Virus record (IMG/VR): IMGVR_UViG_3300001199_000001
Span: 133,404 to 197,403 of that record
Strand: one strand, 5' to 3'
Source of the DNA: a virus
Lineage: Duplodnaviria; Heunggongvirae; Uroviricota; Caudoviricetes
DNA length: 64,000 bases
Numbering within the stretch: the first letter of the stretch is position 1; every line of letters begins with the position of its first letter. The translations under genes were made by a program, and so were the position numbers. Below, one piece after another: positions 9,407-18,877 of this stretch. Under the pieces are notes generated by a model, which saw only the letters and a list, made by a program, of their open reading frames with translations, had not been told where the DNA came from and ran no database searches.

Positions 9407-10732
9407 CTAGACTAGGATGGTCAGGCGCTCTTCAGCGCGGGTGATGGCGGTATAGAGGTGACGGGCGGCATCCTTCCGAAAGCAGCCAGACTCGTCGATC
9501 ACGACGACGTTCTTCCAAGAAGAGCCTTGGGATTTATGGACGGTGATCACGTAACCCCAGTCGACGTTGATGGTCTTCATCTTGGCGCGATAAGCGAGCG
9601 ATCCGGCGGCGGTGTATTTGCCGGGCGTCTTGCTGTAGTGCTCCTCGAAAAGTCCTTGGAAGACCTTCTTATTTTCGTACAGCGTGCCATCTTCATCCTC
9701 GAAGGACATTTCCATCGCCGTTTGGGCGTTGACGAGTTCGCCGTCCGACGCGGCGATTGCCGACGCGCCGTTAACCAACTGAGGGTATTCCTTGTTGTTC
9801 TTACAGATGATTAGCGGCTCGCCGGTACGCGGTCCAAGAACGTGCTTCTCGTCTTCGATGATCCCGAAGTTCATCCGCATCAGTTGAGTGTTACGCCAGC
9901 GAGTTTTGTTCGTGCCGCATAGGATTTGCGGCTGCTCTTCCGCTTCATAGTCATGGTTGTAATCTTTACGGCGCATGCACTCGATGCCCTCGCCATAGAC
10001 GCCGTATGGGATGTCCTCTTCATTGCGCGCCATAGTCGCGAGCCGGATGATCGGATTGTCTGCGGCTTGGCGATGGATTTCGCTCAAGAAGAAATCGGCC
10101 CGAACTCCAAACGCCATCTCGCCCTCAACGGGTGGAAGCTGTCCCGGATCGCCAATAGCGAGGATCGGCACGCCGAAGTGCTTAAGGTCTTCGCCCATGC
10201 GCTCATTGACCATCGAACGTTCGTCGATAACGATCAGGCTGGCGTTTTGAACGAGGCTGTCGACGTTAAGTTGGAAGTTCAGCTTGTCATCGCGATAGAG
10301 CGATTCCAATTCCATTTCCAACCGAGCAACGGCTTTGCGTAAGTGGGCGCAGAACGCTTTGTCCGCTGGCTCCCCGGCTTCCGCTTTGGCGGCGAGATAG
10401 TTCTGAAGCTCGGTCTGGTGATTATAAAGCTCGGTCTCAAGCTGCCCTATAGGGGCCGGTTTCGCCCGATAGATAGCGCTGTGAATAGTCGACGCCATGG
10501 CGCCGGAATAAATCTTCCGCAGCTTCTGGCGCATGACTTTGGCGGCCTTGCCTGTCGGCGCCATGAAAGCAACGGTGTTCGGATCAAAACCGAGATCGTC
10601 AATGATGTACGGCAAAACCGTGGACTTACCCGTCCCGGCGTAGCCGTCGAACAGGGTGATCGGCGCCCCGTCCTTGATTTGATTAACGCAGCCGCGCACC
10701 GCGCTGGCCTGCTTGTCGCTGAGCGTCGTCAT
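9407..10732 (-). CDS. SF1B helicase (Dda/RecD2-like)
   Basis: GYAGTGKS, APTGKAA, TIHS, IDERSM, GDPGQLPPV, IHRQ, TVHKSQGS and YTAITRA. Confidence 0.93.
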   Translation of the reverse strand: MTTLSDKQASAVRGCVNQIKDGAPITLFDGYAGTGKSTVLPYIIDDLGFDPNTVAFMAPTGKAAKVMRQKLRKIYSGAMASTIHSAIYRAKPAPIGQLETELYNHQTELQNYLAAKAEAGEPADKAFCAHLRKAVARLEMELESLYRDDKLNFQLNVDSLVQNASLIVIDERSMVNERMGEDLKHFGVPILAIGDPGQLPPVEGEMAFGVRADFFLSEIHRQAADNPIIRLATMARNEEDIPYGVYGEGIECMRRKDYNHDYEAEEQPQILCGTNKTRWRNTQLMRMNFGIIEDEKHVLGPRTGEPLIICKNNKEYPQLVNGASAIAASDGELVNAQTAMEMSFEDEDGTLYENKKVFQGLFEEHYSKTPGKYTAAGSLAYRAKMKTINVDWGYVITVHKSQGSSWKNVVVIDESGCFRKDAARHLYTAITRAEERLTILV

Positions 10733-10752
10733 TGTACTTCCAGATGAGAGAA

Positions 10753-10787
10753 GAAAGGCCCCGCCCGTGTCGGGACGGGCGGGGCTA
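10753..10787 (-). terminator. Intrinsic terminator after the SSB gene
   Basis: GCCCCGCCCGT-GTCGGG-ACGGGCGGGGC hairpin with a U-tract on the minus strand. Confidence 0.75.
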
Positions 10788-10799
10788 CGGAGCTAACTT

Positions 10800-11711
10800 C
10801 TAGAAGTTACCCCGGCGAGGCCGAGCGGCGGTCGTTTGACCACGAGCCGGACGCACGTCTTCTTCGTCTTCCTCATCGTCTTCAACGACAGGAGCAGCGG
10901 CCCGGCGGCGAGGCGGCGGGGCGGCTTCTTCCTCATCGTCTTCTTCAACGACAGGAGCAGCGGCGCGACGCTTAGGCGGCGGGGCGGCTTCCTCTTCCTC
11001 ATCGTCGTATTCTTCGACGACGGGCTTTGCGAGACGCTTCGGCGCTTCACTTTTAGTGACTCGCGGAGCTTCTTCCTTCGCGTCATAGTCTTCGGGCGTA
11101 CCTTCGACCAGGGCAGCGAGTTCGTCCAGTTCAACCCAGTCAACGATCTTGAAGACCGGGGCGTGCTTCTTGTACTTCTTCTTGCCGTTCGGAGCCTTCG
11201 CTTCGAATTCAGTCGAACTGATTTCGATGATCGGAGCGCAGCCGGGGTACTTACGGAAGTCGCGAGCGAAGGCCTTCATCATGTTTTCGAAGGCGATGCG
11301 CTTGGACTTGTTGTTAGCCGGGAAAAGCATGTTGAGGTGCGGATCATCCATCATCCGCATTTCGATGCTGTACTGCTCAGACCAACCGCTGTCGTCATCG
11401 TAGGGACCGTGGTCGGGCAGGTCTTGCTTACGCGGCGGACCGCCTTCAGCGACTGCAACCATGATCTCTTCGACCACCTTGCCTTCGACCCAGCAAATAT
11501 AGCCCTTCTTGTAGGAGGGGATATTGATGGCGAAGAGGGCTCCTTCGGCAAGTTCAGTGCCGTCCGAGCCATACGAAAATTCGCCGGTATTGCCGTCGAA
11601 CTTCATGAACATCAGACCGCCGCTGTCGCGCATGGTCGACGTGTCCGCCGCCACCGCAGCGAAAATGTCGTCCATCGACAGGTAGTTTTTAGTGACTAGA
11701 TCGTTAGCCAT
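10800..11711 (-). CDS. Putative single-stranded DNA-binding protein with repetitive acidic tail
   Basis: FMKFDGNTGEF..GYICW..APVFKIVDWV core seen in phage SSB-like proteins; repeated PVVEEDDEEEAAPPPRRRAAA tail; replication context. Confidence 0.65.
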   Translation of the reverse strand: MANDLVTKNYLSMDDIFAAVAADTSTMRDSGGLMFMKFDGNTGEFSYGSDGTELAEGALFAINIPSYKKGYICWVEGKVVEEIMVAVAEGGPPRKQDLPDHGPYDDDSGWSEQYSIEMRMMDDPHLNMLFPANNKSKRIAFENMMKAFARDFRKYPGCAPIIEISSTEFEAKAPNGKKKYKKHAPVFKIVDWVELDELAALVEGTPEDYDAKEEAPRVTKSEAPKRLAKPVVEEYDDEEEEAAPPPKRRAAAPVVEEDDEEEAAPPPRRRAAAPVVEDDEEDEEDVRPARGQTTAARPRRGNF

Positions 11712-11860
11712 TCTCTTAGGTTCTCTCTTTTTGATGATGTTGTCCGGAGGGCGACCCGCCCCCCGGAACTGCTATTTACTTTGTCTATTCTCTAGGTCTA
11801 TTTGCTTTTCACTATTTCTGTTTCTACTTTTCTCCTATTACAGTCACTTAAAGTGACTCG

Positions 11861-12973
11861 TTAGTCAAGGCCCTCATCGTCCGCCGATTTCGGTCCTTTT
11901 TCACTTATGCGCAGGACATCATAGCCGTCGCCTTCCCGCGCATATGGGCTGAGATCGACACCGTTAGCGAGGGCAGCCTTAACGTCATAAGTCACCCTCC
12001 CCTTGGTCCAACTCAGCGAGGCCTTCGCGAATAGCGGAACCTCCGCTCTCCGGACGCCAGTATCGCGGAACCATTGCTTTAGCCTCTCTGAGGCCTCGGC
12101 TTTCCGCTTCTCCGCAGCCTTGTATTCTGCTGAGGCCGCGCGCTCCTCGCGCAGACGGGCTTCGAAGTCCTCCATCAAGGGTGATGGCGTGTTCTGTTCG
12201 TTGGCGACGGTTTTATCGTCGGTTGGGAATGCAGACTTGTTGGTCCGAGCACACGCAGATGAGTACTGGCAGTACGTGCATCCGCCGTTTTCATACTTAC
12301 CTTCCGCCATGAGCTTGGACGGATCGGTGGTTTCGAAAACTTGGATGGCCCGCTTCTTGGCGATCTTGTATGTACGTTCATCGTAAGGAACGACGAATAT
12401 CTCGATGTCGCTGAAGAACGAGGCGTCGATATAGATGATCACCGCGTGGTTCGGCTTGTAGCGGGTCTTCTCGCGAGTCAGGCCCATCTGAACGATGGTT
12501 TGGCCTCGGTGGATCGCCTTTTCTTCCTTCAGGTTAACCCGAGGGTCGATGGACTTGATCTCGAAGTTGAAGCATCCAGAGCCGCCAAGGCTTGGCACAT
12601 TGTAGAGCGCCAAGGCGTCATCTTCGACACCGACAACGAGACCGTCTGGTGTGGCTGACAGACCGGTGACTTCGTCGATAAAGGTTCGCTGCTTCTTACC
12701 GCCGTAGAGAAGACTGGCGCCAAAAAGTTGCTCTAGGAACCAGTTCGTGGCAGGTTCGACGAAGTGATTTTCGATCAGGTCGCCGCGTTGTAGAGCGCCC
12801 CAGTCTTCAGTATATCCTTCGTCTTTTTCGGTGTTGTTCTTGGCGAACCATGCCTTGCGGATGCAGCCGAACGCTTCCGACGCACCCAGCGTCTTGGAGC
12901 GGTCGTGGCCCCATTTTTTCTGGTGAGCCTTGACGTAGGCGTCAATGCCCTCGCGGAAGTCGATTGCAGCCAT
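11861..12973 (-). CDS. Cas4-like / PD-(D/E)XK exonuclease
   Basis: GASEAFGCIRK, SATPDG, EIKS, QxxxQM and C-terminal CTYCQYSSAC (putative Fe-S ligands). Confidence 0.85.
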   Translation of the reverse strand: MAAIDFREGIDAYVKAHQKKWGHDRSKTLGASEAFGCIRKAWFAKNNTEKDEGYTEDWGALQRGDLIENHFVEPATNWFLEQLFGASLLYGGKKQRTFIDEVTGLSATPDGLVVGVEDDALALYNVPSLGGSGCFNFEIKSIDPRVNLKEEKAIHRGQTIVQMGLTREKTRYKPNHAVIIYIDASFFSDIEIFVVPYDERTYKIAKKRAIQVFETTDPSKLMAEGKYENGGCTYCQYSSACARTNKSAFPTDDKTVANEQNTPSPLMEDFEARLREERAASAEYKAAEKRKAEASERLKQWFRDTGVRRAEVPLFAKASLSWTKGRVTYDVKAALANGVDLSPYAREGDGYDVLRISEKGPKSADDEGLD

Positions 12974-13153
12974 CGGGCGGCGCCTCTTATTTACGGTGGA
13001 TAGCGATTGCGACGCCGACAGCGACGCCAACGGCGACACAGCCGCCGAAGAGCAGTAAAATTTCCATGGTTTATCTTCTTTTCTTGTCTCGATTATCGTG
13101 GTCGGGGAGGACGAACAAAATGACGAGGAGTCCCGCCACCACTAGGCCGGTGA

Positions 13154-13723
13154 TCATTTCTTGAATCGCTCTTCGAGTTTGTGGAATACCCGCTTGCAGG
13201 CGAGCACATCGTGAATAGCTTGGTGCGCATTTTCGAACGGCTCGCCGACGAAATACTGGTGCGCTTCCATGAGGCTAGGAAACTTGATCCCGCCGCCCCG
13301 TTTCGGGATACGACAGATCGGATTCGAAGCCTGCATGGTGCAGAACTTCTGCTTACCCTTAAACGGATCGTCGTGCTTGAGCTTGAGGTGGAACAGTGAG
13401 TTTTTAATGACTCGTTCATCATAGTCAAGATTATGCGCGATGATAAGATCGCACACTTCAACCATGTCTTCGAAAATGTTCACCGCCGCCGCTTCGTTGA
13501 CGCCGTAGGCCGTGGCAAACTCTTTAGTGATCCCATGCGCCTTGACCGCTGGCACCGGAATTTCTTCATCCCGATAAATCACGAGATCGATCCGCATCCG
13601 CTCATTGCCTTCATCGTCGGCCATTAGGGCGGCAAGTTGGACCAGTCGGGGCTGACTCTCATGACCGACCGGGGCCTTATAATTCCAGAGCCCAGTCGTC
13701 TCGGTATCGAAGAATAAAATCAC
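13154..13723 (-). CDS. DEDDh 3'-5' exonuclease (DnaQ-like)
   Basis: FDTETTG, AHNLDYD, CTM and AHQAIHDV. Confidence 0.92.
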   Translation of the reverse strand: MILFFDTETTGLWNYKAPVGHESQPRLVQLAALMADDEGNERMRIDLVIYRDEEIPVPAVKAHGITKEFATAYGVNEAAAVNIFEDMVEVCDLIIAHNLDYDERVIKNSLFHLKLKHDDPFKGKQKFCTMQASNPICRIPKRGGGIKFPSLMEAHQYFVGEPFENAHQAIHDVLACKRVFHKLEERFKK

Positions 13724-13746
13724 GGCTTTTCTCGAACTTAAAGTGA

Positions 13747-14112
13747 CTAATTGAGCTTGCTGCTGGGCTTATTAGTGGGTTTCCAAGAGGTCTTCTCGGA
13801 GATCACGCCGTGTTTCGCGCCACGCAGGGTCTTAATCAGATTTACGTGGTCCACGCCCGAAGCCAGCACTAGCCAGACAACAAAAGCTGTCAGGGATAGT
13901 AGTAGCTGCCAGATCGCGTAGAAGAGGAACGCCAATGCGAACCAAGTTCCAGCGACGGCGTGCAGCGTAGTCAGGGGATACCCCAGCAGGCCCGAGACGC
14001 CGGTTACTACCCAAACCAGGGCAGTAGCCAGTAGAGCCAAGATGTTGATGGTCGGGAACTCTCGCGCCCTTAGCAGCAACGTCTCTAGGATTTGGTCTTT
14101 TTGGTCGCTCAT
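13747..14112 (-). CDS. Small membrane protein
   Basis: Two to three long hydrophobic segments and a basic C-terminal tail. Confidence 0.65.
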   Translation of the reverse strand: MSDQKDQILETLLLRAREFPTINILALLATALVWVVTGVSGLLGYPLTTLHAVAGTWFALAFLFYAIWQLLLSLTAFVVWLVLASGVDHVNLIKTLRGAKHGVISEKTSWKPTNKPSSKLN

Positions 14113-14174
14113 CGTCCTTACGTGTTACCCTAGCTGAATTGGCGTGTCAAGCTAATTGACACGGATAAAGTGAC

Positions 14175-16472
14175 TCAGTGTGTCTCGGCCCAGTTGCGGC
14201 CAAACTTAACGTCCACGTCAACAGGCATGCTGAAATTGAGCAGCTTGCCTGCATTGCGCCCGGCCCGCTCGATACACTCTTTGGCGATATCCATGATCCG
14301 CTGATCATCCCGGACCGCGACTTGAAGTTCATCGTGAACCCATGCAAGAACCGCGAAATCGCCCTCCCACCCGTGGACGAGTCCGGCGTCTTCCATGTAT
14401 TCCTCGAACAAAACACACCACATTTTGGAAATGGTCGCGGCGGCGCCTTGCAGTTTCGTATTCAACGCGGCGTGTGGCGAGCGGACAAAAAGACGCCGAC
14501 CATCCAGGGCGTCGAGATATCCCCGGCGAGCTTCTTTTTGGACAGCCTTAACCACAGACCCCAGAGCGGGAATCCGCGTCATGATCCGTCGGTTCATCTC
14601 GATCCCGAGATTCTTCGCAGCAGCGGGCCTGACAGCAAGCGCGGGTTCGAGCGTGATTCCGAGCTTGAACGGTCCCGCGCCATAAATCATGGCATAAATG
14701 AACGTCTTTGCGGTATCACGGGAATCAAGTTCCATGACCTGCTGGTGCAAGTCGTGAGGGTCCGATTCCACGCAGAGGCGTCCGTATTTACCTCCGTCGT
14801 ATTCCGCCATGTAGTGGCCTAGGCAGCGAAGTTCGATCCCCTTTTGGTCGGCTCCCATAAGCTTCCAGCCGTCGGGAACAATGAAGAGACTGCGGCATTC
14901 CCAGCCGTGGTCCCCGGCCCGCCCTTTCATCAGGCTCTTCTTGGTCTCGATTTTACCTTCTTTGTCGTAAACATATTCGCCACCCTCAGCGGTAATGGTC
15001 TCGCCGACCTTGTTAAGGATGATGTCGCCTTTTTTGGCGATTTTCGGGGTACCGACGAATTGCTTACCGTCAGGGTCGAGCAACGGCGTTAAATTCATGT
15101 CGAACGATCCGTCAGGGCGCTCGATCCCGTAAACAAGCTCACCCTTCTCCAGACGGTAAGTGACGCCTTTTTCCTGCCACTGCTTCAACTTCTTGAAGAC
15201 GACGCGGGGTACCTGGGCGATGTTAGGATTTGAGTGGGTAGCTCGGTTGGTGACGGCTCCACCGACGATAAATCGTGGATGGATGTAGCCGTCATTGAAT
15301 AGCTGCGCTTTTTGTATCCAGCCGTTGTCACCGTCAACAAGCTGCCCGAGTCTCTTTTTGTAATAGAAGATTTCGGCCAGATCGATGGCGATTGGTACTG
15401 TCTTGCCGATATCTCTAAGAATTTCATCATCGACCTTTGGTGTACCTTTTGGCCACCGCTTGGTGATGGTCTCGGTGAAATCCTGAGGCTCCCATTCGTA
15501 AATCTTCATCAACCGGTCGATGATCATCGGGCGGCTATTCGGATTGAAATCTTTCATCACGACAGGGCAGAAAGCAGCGCCTTCGATCCTGTCGCCCTTT
15601 GCCGGGTCTTTATAGTTTACCGAACGAGTAGGTACGACAACTTCGCCCCAGTGATGCCGATTGCTGTTCTCTTCACCGAGTTCTGGTCTTGGCTTACCTT
15701 CGTACCACTTCTTAGGGACCCACCACGAGCCGAAGTGTTCCTTGGCGCGCGCGGTCTTTTCATCGAAGTTTGTGCGGAGGTCTTCTTCCATCCGCCGAGC
15801 GCCTTCCATATCGAACGGGAAGCCGTTGCGCGTAGCGCGCTCCATGAGTTCATGCACTCGGTGTTCGAGGATGATGGCCTCTTCGGACCAAGGGATTTTG
15901 ACGATCTTATCCCACAAGGCTTCTGTGACTTCCCCGTCGACGATGGCGTAGTCTTCCATGTCCTGATTCCAAGTCGCCCATACCAGACGATTGATCTCTT
16001 CCTTGGGAAGGTCGGGGAATTGCTCTTTGAGTTCGGCGGCGCGGCGCTTGGAATAATCGTCCTTAGGGTAGCCGAGCCGTTGACCCCACGCTTCAAGCGT
16101 ATGCGTGCCGATGTTCTTGCCATCAAGCAGCCCGCGACGATGCAGGCGGAAGTCCCGTTCTTTCTGGTCAGCGAAATACATCCGACACATGACGAGCGTA
16201 TCGCGCATTTTACCCTTAGGGGAAAAATCCTCGCCGTAAACTTTCCACAATGCCGGACAGTCGAAACCTACCCCGTTATGCATAACAAGGGTTTCGGCCT
16301 CATTAAGCATTTTGATGCCTTCGAGGATGTTATCCTCGTGGCGATTACGACGAAAAACCCACGAGCGTCCGGTCTCGAATTCCCGAATAACCATGATGTG
16401 GACACGGGTTAGCTCATGGAGCAAACCGTCGGTCTCTAGGTCGAAAATGAGAGTCTGATACTTATATGTCAT
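14175..16472 (-). CDS. Family A DNA polymerase, T7-like, with 3'-5' exonuclease
   Basis: FDLETDG, HNGVGFD, NPNIAQVP, motif A GADQKGIELR, motif B RDTAKTFIYAMIYG, motif C WVHDE. Confidence 0.96.
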   Translation of the reverse strand: MTYKYQTLIFDLETDGLLHELTRVHIMVIREFETGRSWVFRRNRHEDNILEGIKMLNEAETLVMHNGVGFDCPALWKVYGEDFSPKGKMRDTLVMCRMYFADQKERDFRLHRRGLLDGKNIGTHTLEAWGQRLGYPKDDYSKRRAAELKEQFPDLPKEEINRLVWATWNQDMEDYAIVDGEVTEALWDKIVKIPWSEEAIILEHRVHELMERATRNGFPFDMEGARRMEEDLRTNFDEKTARAKEHFGSWWVPKKWYEGKPRPELGEENSNRHHWGEVVVPTRSVNYKDPAKGDRIEGAAFCPVVMKDFNPNSRPMIIDRLMKIYEWEPQDFTETITKRWPKGTPKVDDEILRDIGKTVPIAIDLAEIFYYKKRLGQLVDGDNGWIQKAQLFNDGYIHPRFIVGGAVTNRATHSNPNIAQVPRVVFKKLKQWQEKGVTYRLEKGELVYGIERPDGSFDMNLTPLLDPDGKQFVGTPKIAKKGDIILNKVGETITAEGGEYVYDKEGKIETKKSLMKGRAGDHGWECRSLFIVPDGWKLMGADQKGIELRCLGHYMAEYDGGKYGRLCVESDPHDLHQQVMELDSRDTAKTFIYAMIYGAGPFKLGITLEPALAVRPAAAKNLGIEMNRRIMTRIPALGSVVKAVQKEARRGYLDALDGRRLFVRSPHAALNTKLQGAAATISKMWCVLFEEYMEDAGLVHGWEGDFAVLAWVHDELQVAVRDDQRIMDIAKECIERAGRNAGKLLNFSMPVDVDVKFGRNWAETH

Positions 16473-17079
16473 GGGTGTATCGGTTGCCTTTGCGGCTATT
16501 CTCGACGCTCGTCATAATTTGAAGGTTGTTATGTACGTGCAGTCCCGAGACATCCTCGCCAAGAATTGGTACGATGTGATCGACGACATGTAGGACCCCG
16601 GTCGCCTCGGTGAGATGGCGGGCTTCAGTGTAAAACTGCTCAATCTCTACCCAGTCAGCCCATCTAGGCACTTGGGAGGACATGCGTTCACGCCGGGCAG
16701 CCGCTTCACGGCGACTCGCCTCTTTACCTTTGTCCGATCTCTTATAGTTCCTTGATATTTCACGAACACGGGGTTTGTGCTCTTGATGCCATTGTTTAAC
16801 GGCGTTAGCACGTTGCCGGGCGACCTCTTTAACCTTAGCTGGATTCGCTTTGCGCCATTCTTTAGCTTTCTGACTAAGTAACTCTGCATAATCGCGCTGG
16901 TACTTTTCTCGCCAAGCCTTGTCCTTTTCAGGGTTCCTTTTGCGCAAAAGGTTAGTGCATTCAGCGCAGCGTCCTGAAGTCGTGAAGCGTTCTGCGACAT
17001 GACCCTGCGGACAAGGCCTGCCAGTGAAATAACGAACATTACCGTTGGCCTTGGCCTCCGCTCGCTCTCCTTTTTTCAT
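16462..17079 (-). CDS. HNH homing endonuclease
   Basis: YFTGRPCPQGH..CAEC N-terminus; VDHIVPI..VSGLHVHNNLQ..ENSRKGN; more AT-rich than its neighbours. Confidence 0.9.
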   Translation of the reverse strand: MKKGERAEAKANGNVRYFTGRPCPQGHVAERFTTSGRCAECTNLLRKRNPEKDKAWREKYQRDYAELLSQKAKEWRKANPAKVKEVARQRANAVKQWHQEHKPRVREISRNYKRSDKGKEASRREAAARRERMSSQVPRWADWVEIEQFYTEARHLTEATGVLHVVDHIVPILGEDVSGLHVHNNLQIMTSVENSRKGNRYTHDI

Positions 17080-17882
17080 GGAAGAGCCTTATACAAAGCA
17101 TTTAAGATGACTCCCGCTACTTGCGGGCAGATGGCGTTGCCGTATCCTTTGAGTATGTCCATCCGGTTGGGTACCCCATCACCCAGCGGACAAATTCCGG
17201 CTGCAAAACGGCGCCTTTTTTGGTCTGGTCCGACCACGACGGAGGCGTCAGCCCAAGGCGAATCAATTCCCGGCACAGCCACTGCAACCCCACTTGACCC
17301 TTCGTTCCGTTGGGTCGCTGTCCGGTTATCGTTGTCCCTGCCGGTAAAGTCTTGCTCCCCGTGGCGTCGCTCACCAATGGTGTTGGCAAGAGCGACCATC
17401 CAAACCCGCTCTCGTCTATGGGGCGCGTTGACGGCGAAAGCACCAATACGGTACGGCCTTGTGGTGTAGTCTGCTTTTTCCAGATCATCGAGCACTCGGT
17501 CGAGGCCCAGATCGATGATCCCTCGGACGTTCTCACCAAGGAATCGGTCAGGGCGTCGAGCACGGATGAGGCGGTAGAGTTCTGGCCAGAGGGCTCGTTC
17601 ATCTTCTTCTGCTTTCTGATCCCCTGCTTCCGAGAACGGTTGGCATGGGAATCCCCCGGTCCATAAGGGTAGATCGTCAGGCCAGCCTGCCATACGAGCA
17701 GCGAGCCCAAACCCGCCGATACCTGCAAACATGTGAACCTGATCGTATCCTTTAAGGTCGTCCGGGTGGACTTTCTGGATAGGACGGTCGTCCACATCGC
17801 CCGGCGGAATGCGACCGGCGGCGATGAGATTTTTCAGCCACTCGCCGCAGTAGGGATCAAAATCGTTGTAGTAGGCAGGCAT
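17076..17882 (-). CDS. C5-cytosine DNA methyltransferase, alpha-type polypeptide lacking motif IX
   Basis: FAGIGG (I), GFPCQPFS (IV), ENV (VI), HRRERVW (VIII) and LKGYGNAI (X). Confidence 0.92.
   Translation of the reverse strand: MPAYYNDFDPYCGEWLKNLIAAGRIPPGDVDDRPIQKVHPDDLKGYDQVHMFAGIGGFGLAARMAGWPDDLPLWTGGFPCQPFSEAGDQKAEEDERALWPELYRLIRARRPDRFLGENVRGIIDLGLDRVLDDLEKADYTTRPYRIGAFAVNAPHRRERVWMVALANTIGERRHGEQDFTGRDNDNRTATQRNEGSSGVAVAVPGIDSPWADASVVVGPDQKRRRFAAGICPLGDGVPNRMDILKGYGNAICPQVAGVILNALYKALP
17117..17797 (-). CDS. Probable beta polypeptide of the C5 methyltransferase in an overlapping frame
   Basis: 226-codon same-strand alternative frame with LLPTPLVSD and LQPEFVRWVMGYPTGWT (motif IX-like); start uncertain. 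Confidence 0.72.
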   Translation of the reverse strand: MWTTVLSRKSTRTTLKDTIRFTCLQVSAGLGSLLVWQAGLTIYPYGPGDSHANRSRKQGIRKQKKMNEPSGQNSTASSVLDALTDSLVRTSEGSSIWASTECSMIWKKQTTPQGRTVLVLSPSTRPIDESGFGWSLLPTPLVSDATGSKTLPAGTTITGQRPNGTKGQVGLQWLCRELIRLGLTPPSWSDQTKKGAVLQPEFVRWVMGYPTGWTYSKDTATPSARK

Positions 17883-17912
17883 AGTTTTAAGTGACAGATG
17901 TTAGCGAGACTG

Positions 17913-18635
17913 TCAATGCATGTCAGCCATATCAAACTCGTCCTCATCGTCGTTATCTAACGAAACCTCGCCGGGCCACACCGAATCGGCCAAGCGAACT
18001 AGCTCGACGGCGATTGCGCGCAAGTTCACAACGTGGCTGACCCACGGCGAGAACTCGGCAGGCCATCGCGGCGGCGACGAGTAAAAATAGATGGCTTTGC
18101 CCCGGTAGAGGTTGCAGGCGAACTCGCTGACGCCTCGCCTGGAGAGTGCATAGCTGTTATCGCCGAGCATCGGCGTTTCGCTCTCGGTGATAAAACCGAT
18201 GCCGATCCGGATGCGGTCGCTATCGTCGTCATACATCAACCAGACGACTCGACCGTCGAGCATGGGTACGATCACCGGCTCCCAAGCGTTCGGGTTCCCC
18301 CAGACTTCGTCGTGGACGTTGATCACAGCCGCGCAGAGAGCGTCGCTGGTGGCTTTGTCCAGACGGTACTCCTTCGCCTCCGGGTCGGACGTGAAAAGCT
18401 CTGAGAGCTTCCCCAGTGTCAGCGTGACGCCATTGTCGCGGGCTTTGTCGACCCACTCGTGTACGCTGAACTGATGCACGTTAGCCGTCGAGATGTGGGC
18501 CTGCTGCAAACCGTTCATCGAACGGACGCCTAGACCGATCTGGATGTGATTGGTGTTCGGGATGTGCAAGGCATAGACAAAACCACCTCGCGGATTTGTT
18601 TGAACATGTACGCGTTCGATAATCAGATCGTCCAT
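17913..18635 (-). CDS. Hypothetical protein
   Basis: 240-aa ORF in the operon run. Confidence 0.7.
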   Translation of the reverse strand: MDDLIIERVHVQTNPRGGFVYALHIPNTNHIQIGLGVRSMNGLQQAHISTANVHQFSVHEWVDKARDNGVTLTLGKLSELFTSDPEAKEYRLDKATSDALCAAVINVHDEVWGNPNAWEPVIVPMLDGRVVWLMYDDDSDRIRIGIGFITESETPMLGDNSYALSRRGVSEFACNLYRGKAIYFYSSPPRWPAEFSPWVSHVVNLRAIAVELVRLADSVWPGEVSLDNDDEDEFDMADMH

Positions 18636-18877
18636 CTACTGTAAAACTCCACTAGCAGCCGTAGCTCATCTAAAGTTGCGTCGTTTTTGATCCTATTGGC
18701 ACGGAAACTGATAACTATTACATTCCCAGGGACGTAGCCTAGATCGGGCAATACTCGATCTAGTGTCGCGCTACCATCTGTGCGTTTTCCGTTCCCGATC
18801 TTGAGAGGTATCCCAAGAAATTCTGACCTAGCTTTTACGGTATCGCAATTACTGCATTCTCTTTTTAGATCGTCCAT
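18623..18877 (-). CDS. Short or truncated HNH-like endonuclease
   Basis: ATLDRVLPDLGYVPGNVIVISFRANRIKNDATLDEL, a phage endonuclease motif; AT-rich. Confidence 0.65.
   Translation of the reverse strand: MDDLKRECSNCDTVKARSEFLGIPLKIGNGKRTDGSATLDRVLPDLGYVPGNVIVISFRANRIKNDATLDELRLLVEFYSRWTI

Noticed and set aside
10836-11699. 287-aa plus-strand ORF
   Set aside because: Antisense shadow of the SSB gene; its Phe/Leu/Val repeats mirror the acidic repeats
14925-15205. Possible intein in the DNA polymerase
   Set aside because: No Cys/Ser start, TxxH block or terminal Asn followed by a nucleophile; treated as a domain insertion
15312-16412. 366-aa plus-strand ORF (similarly 32791-33609 and 52867-53685)
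   Set aside because: Antisense to well-supported genes in GC-rich DNA, with no motifs
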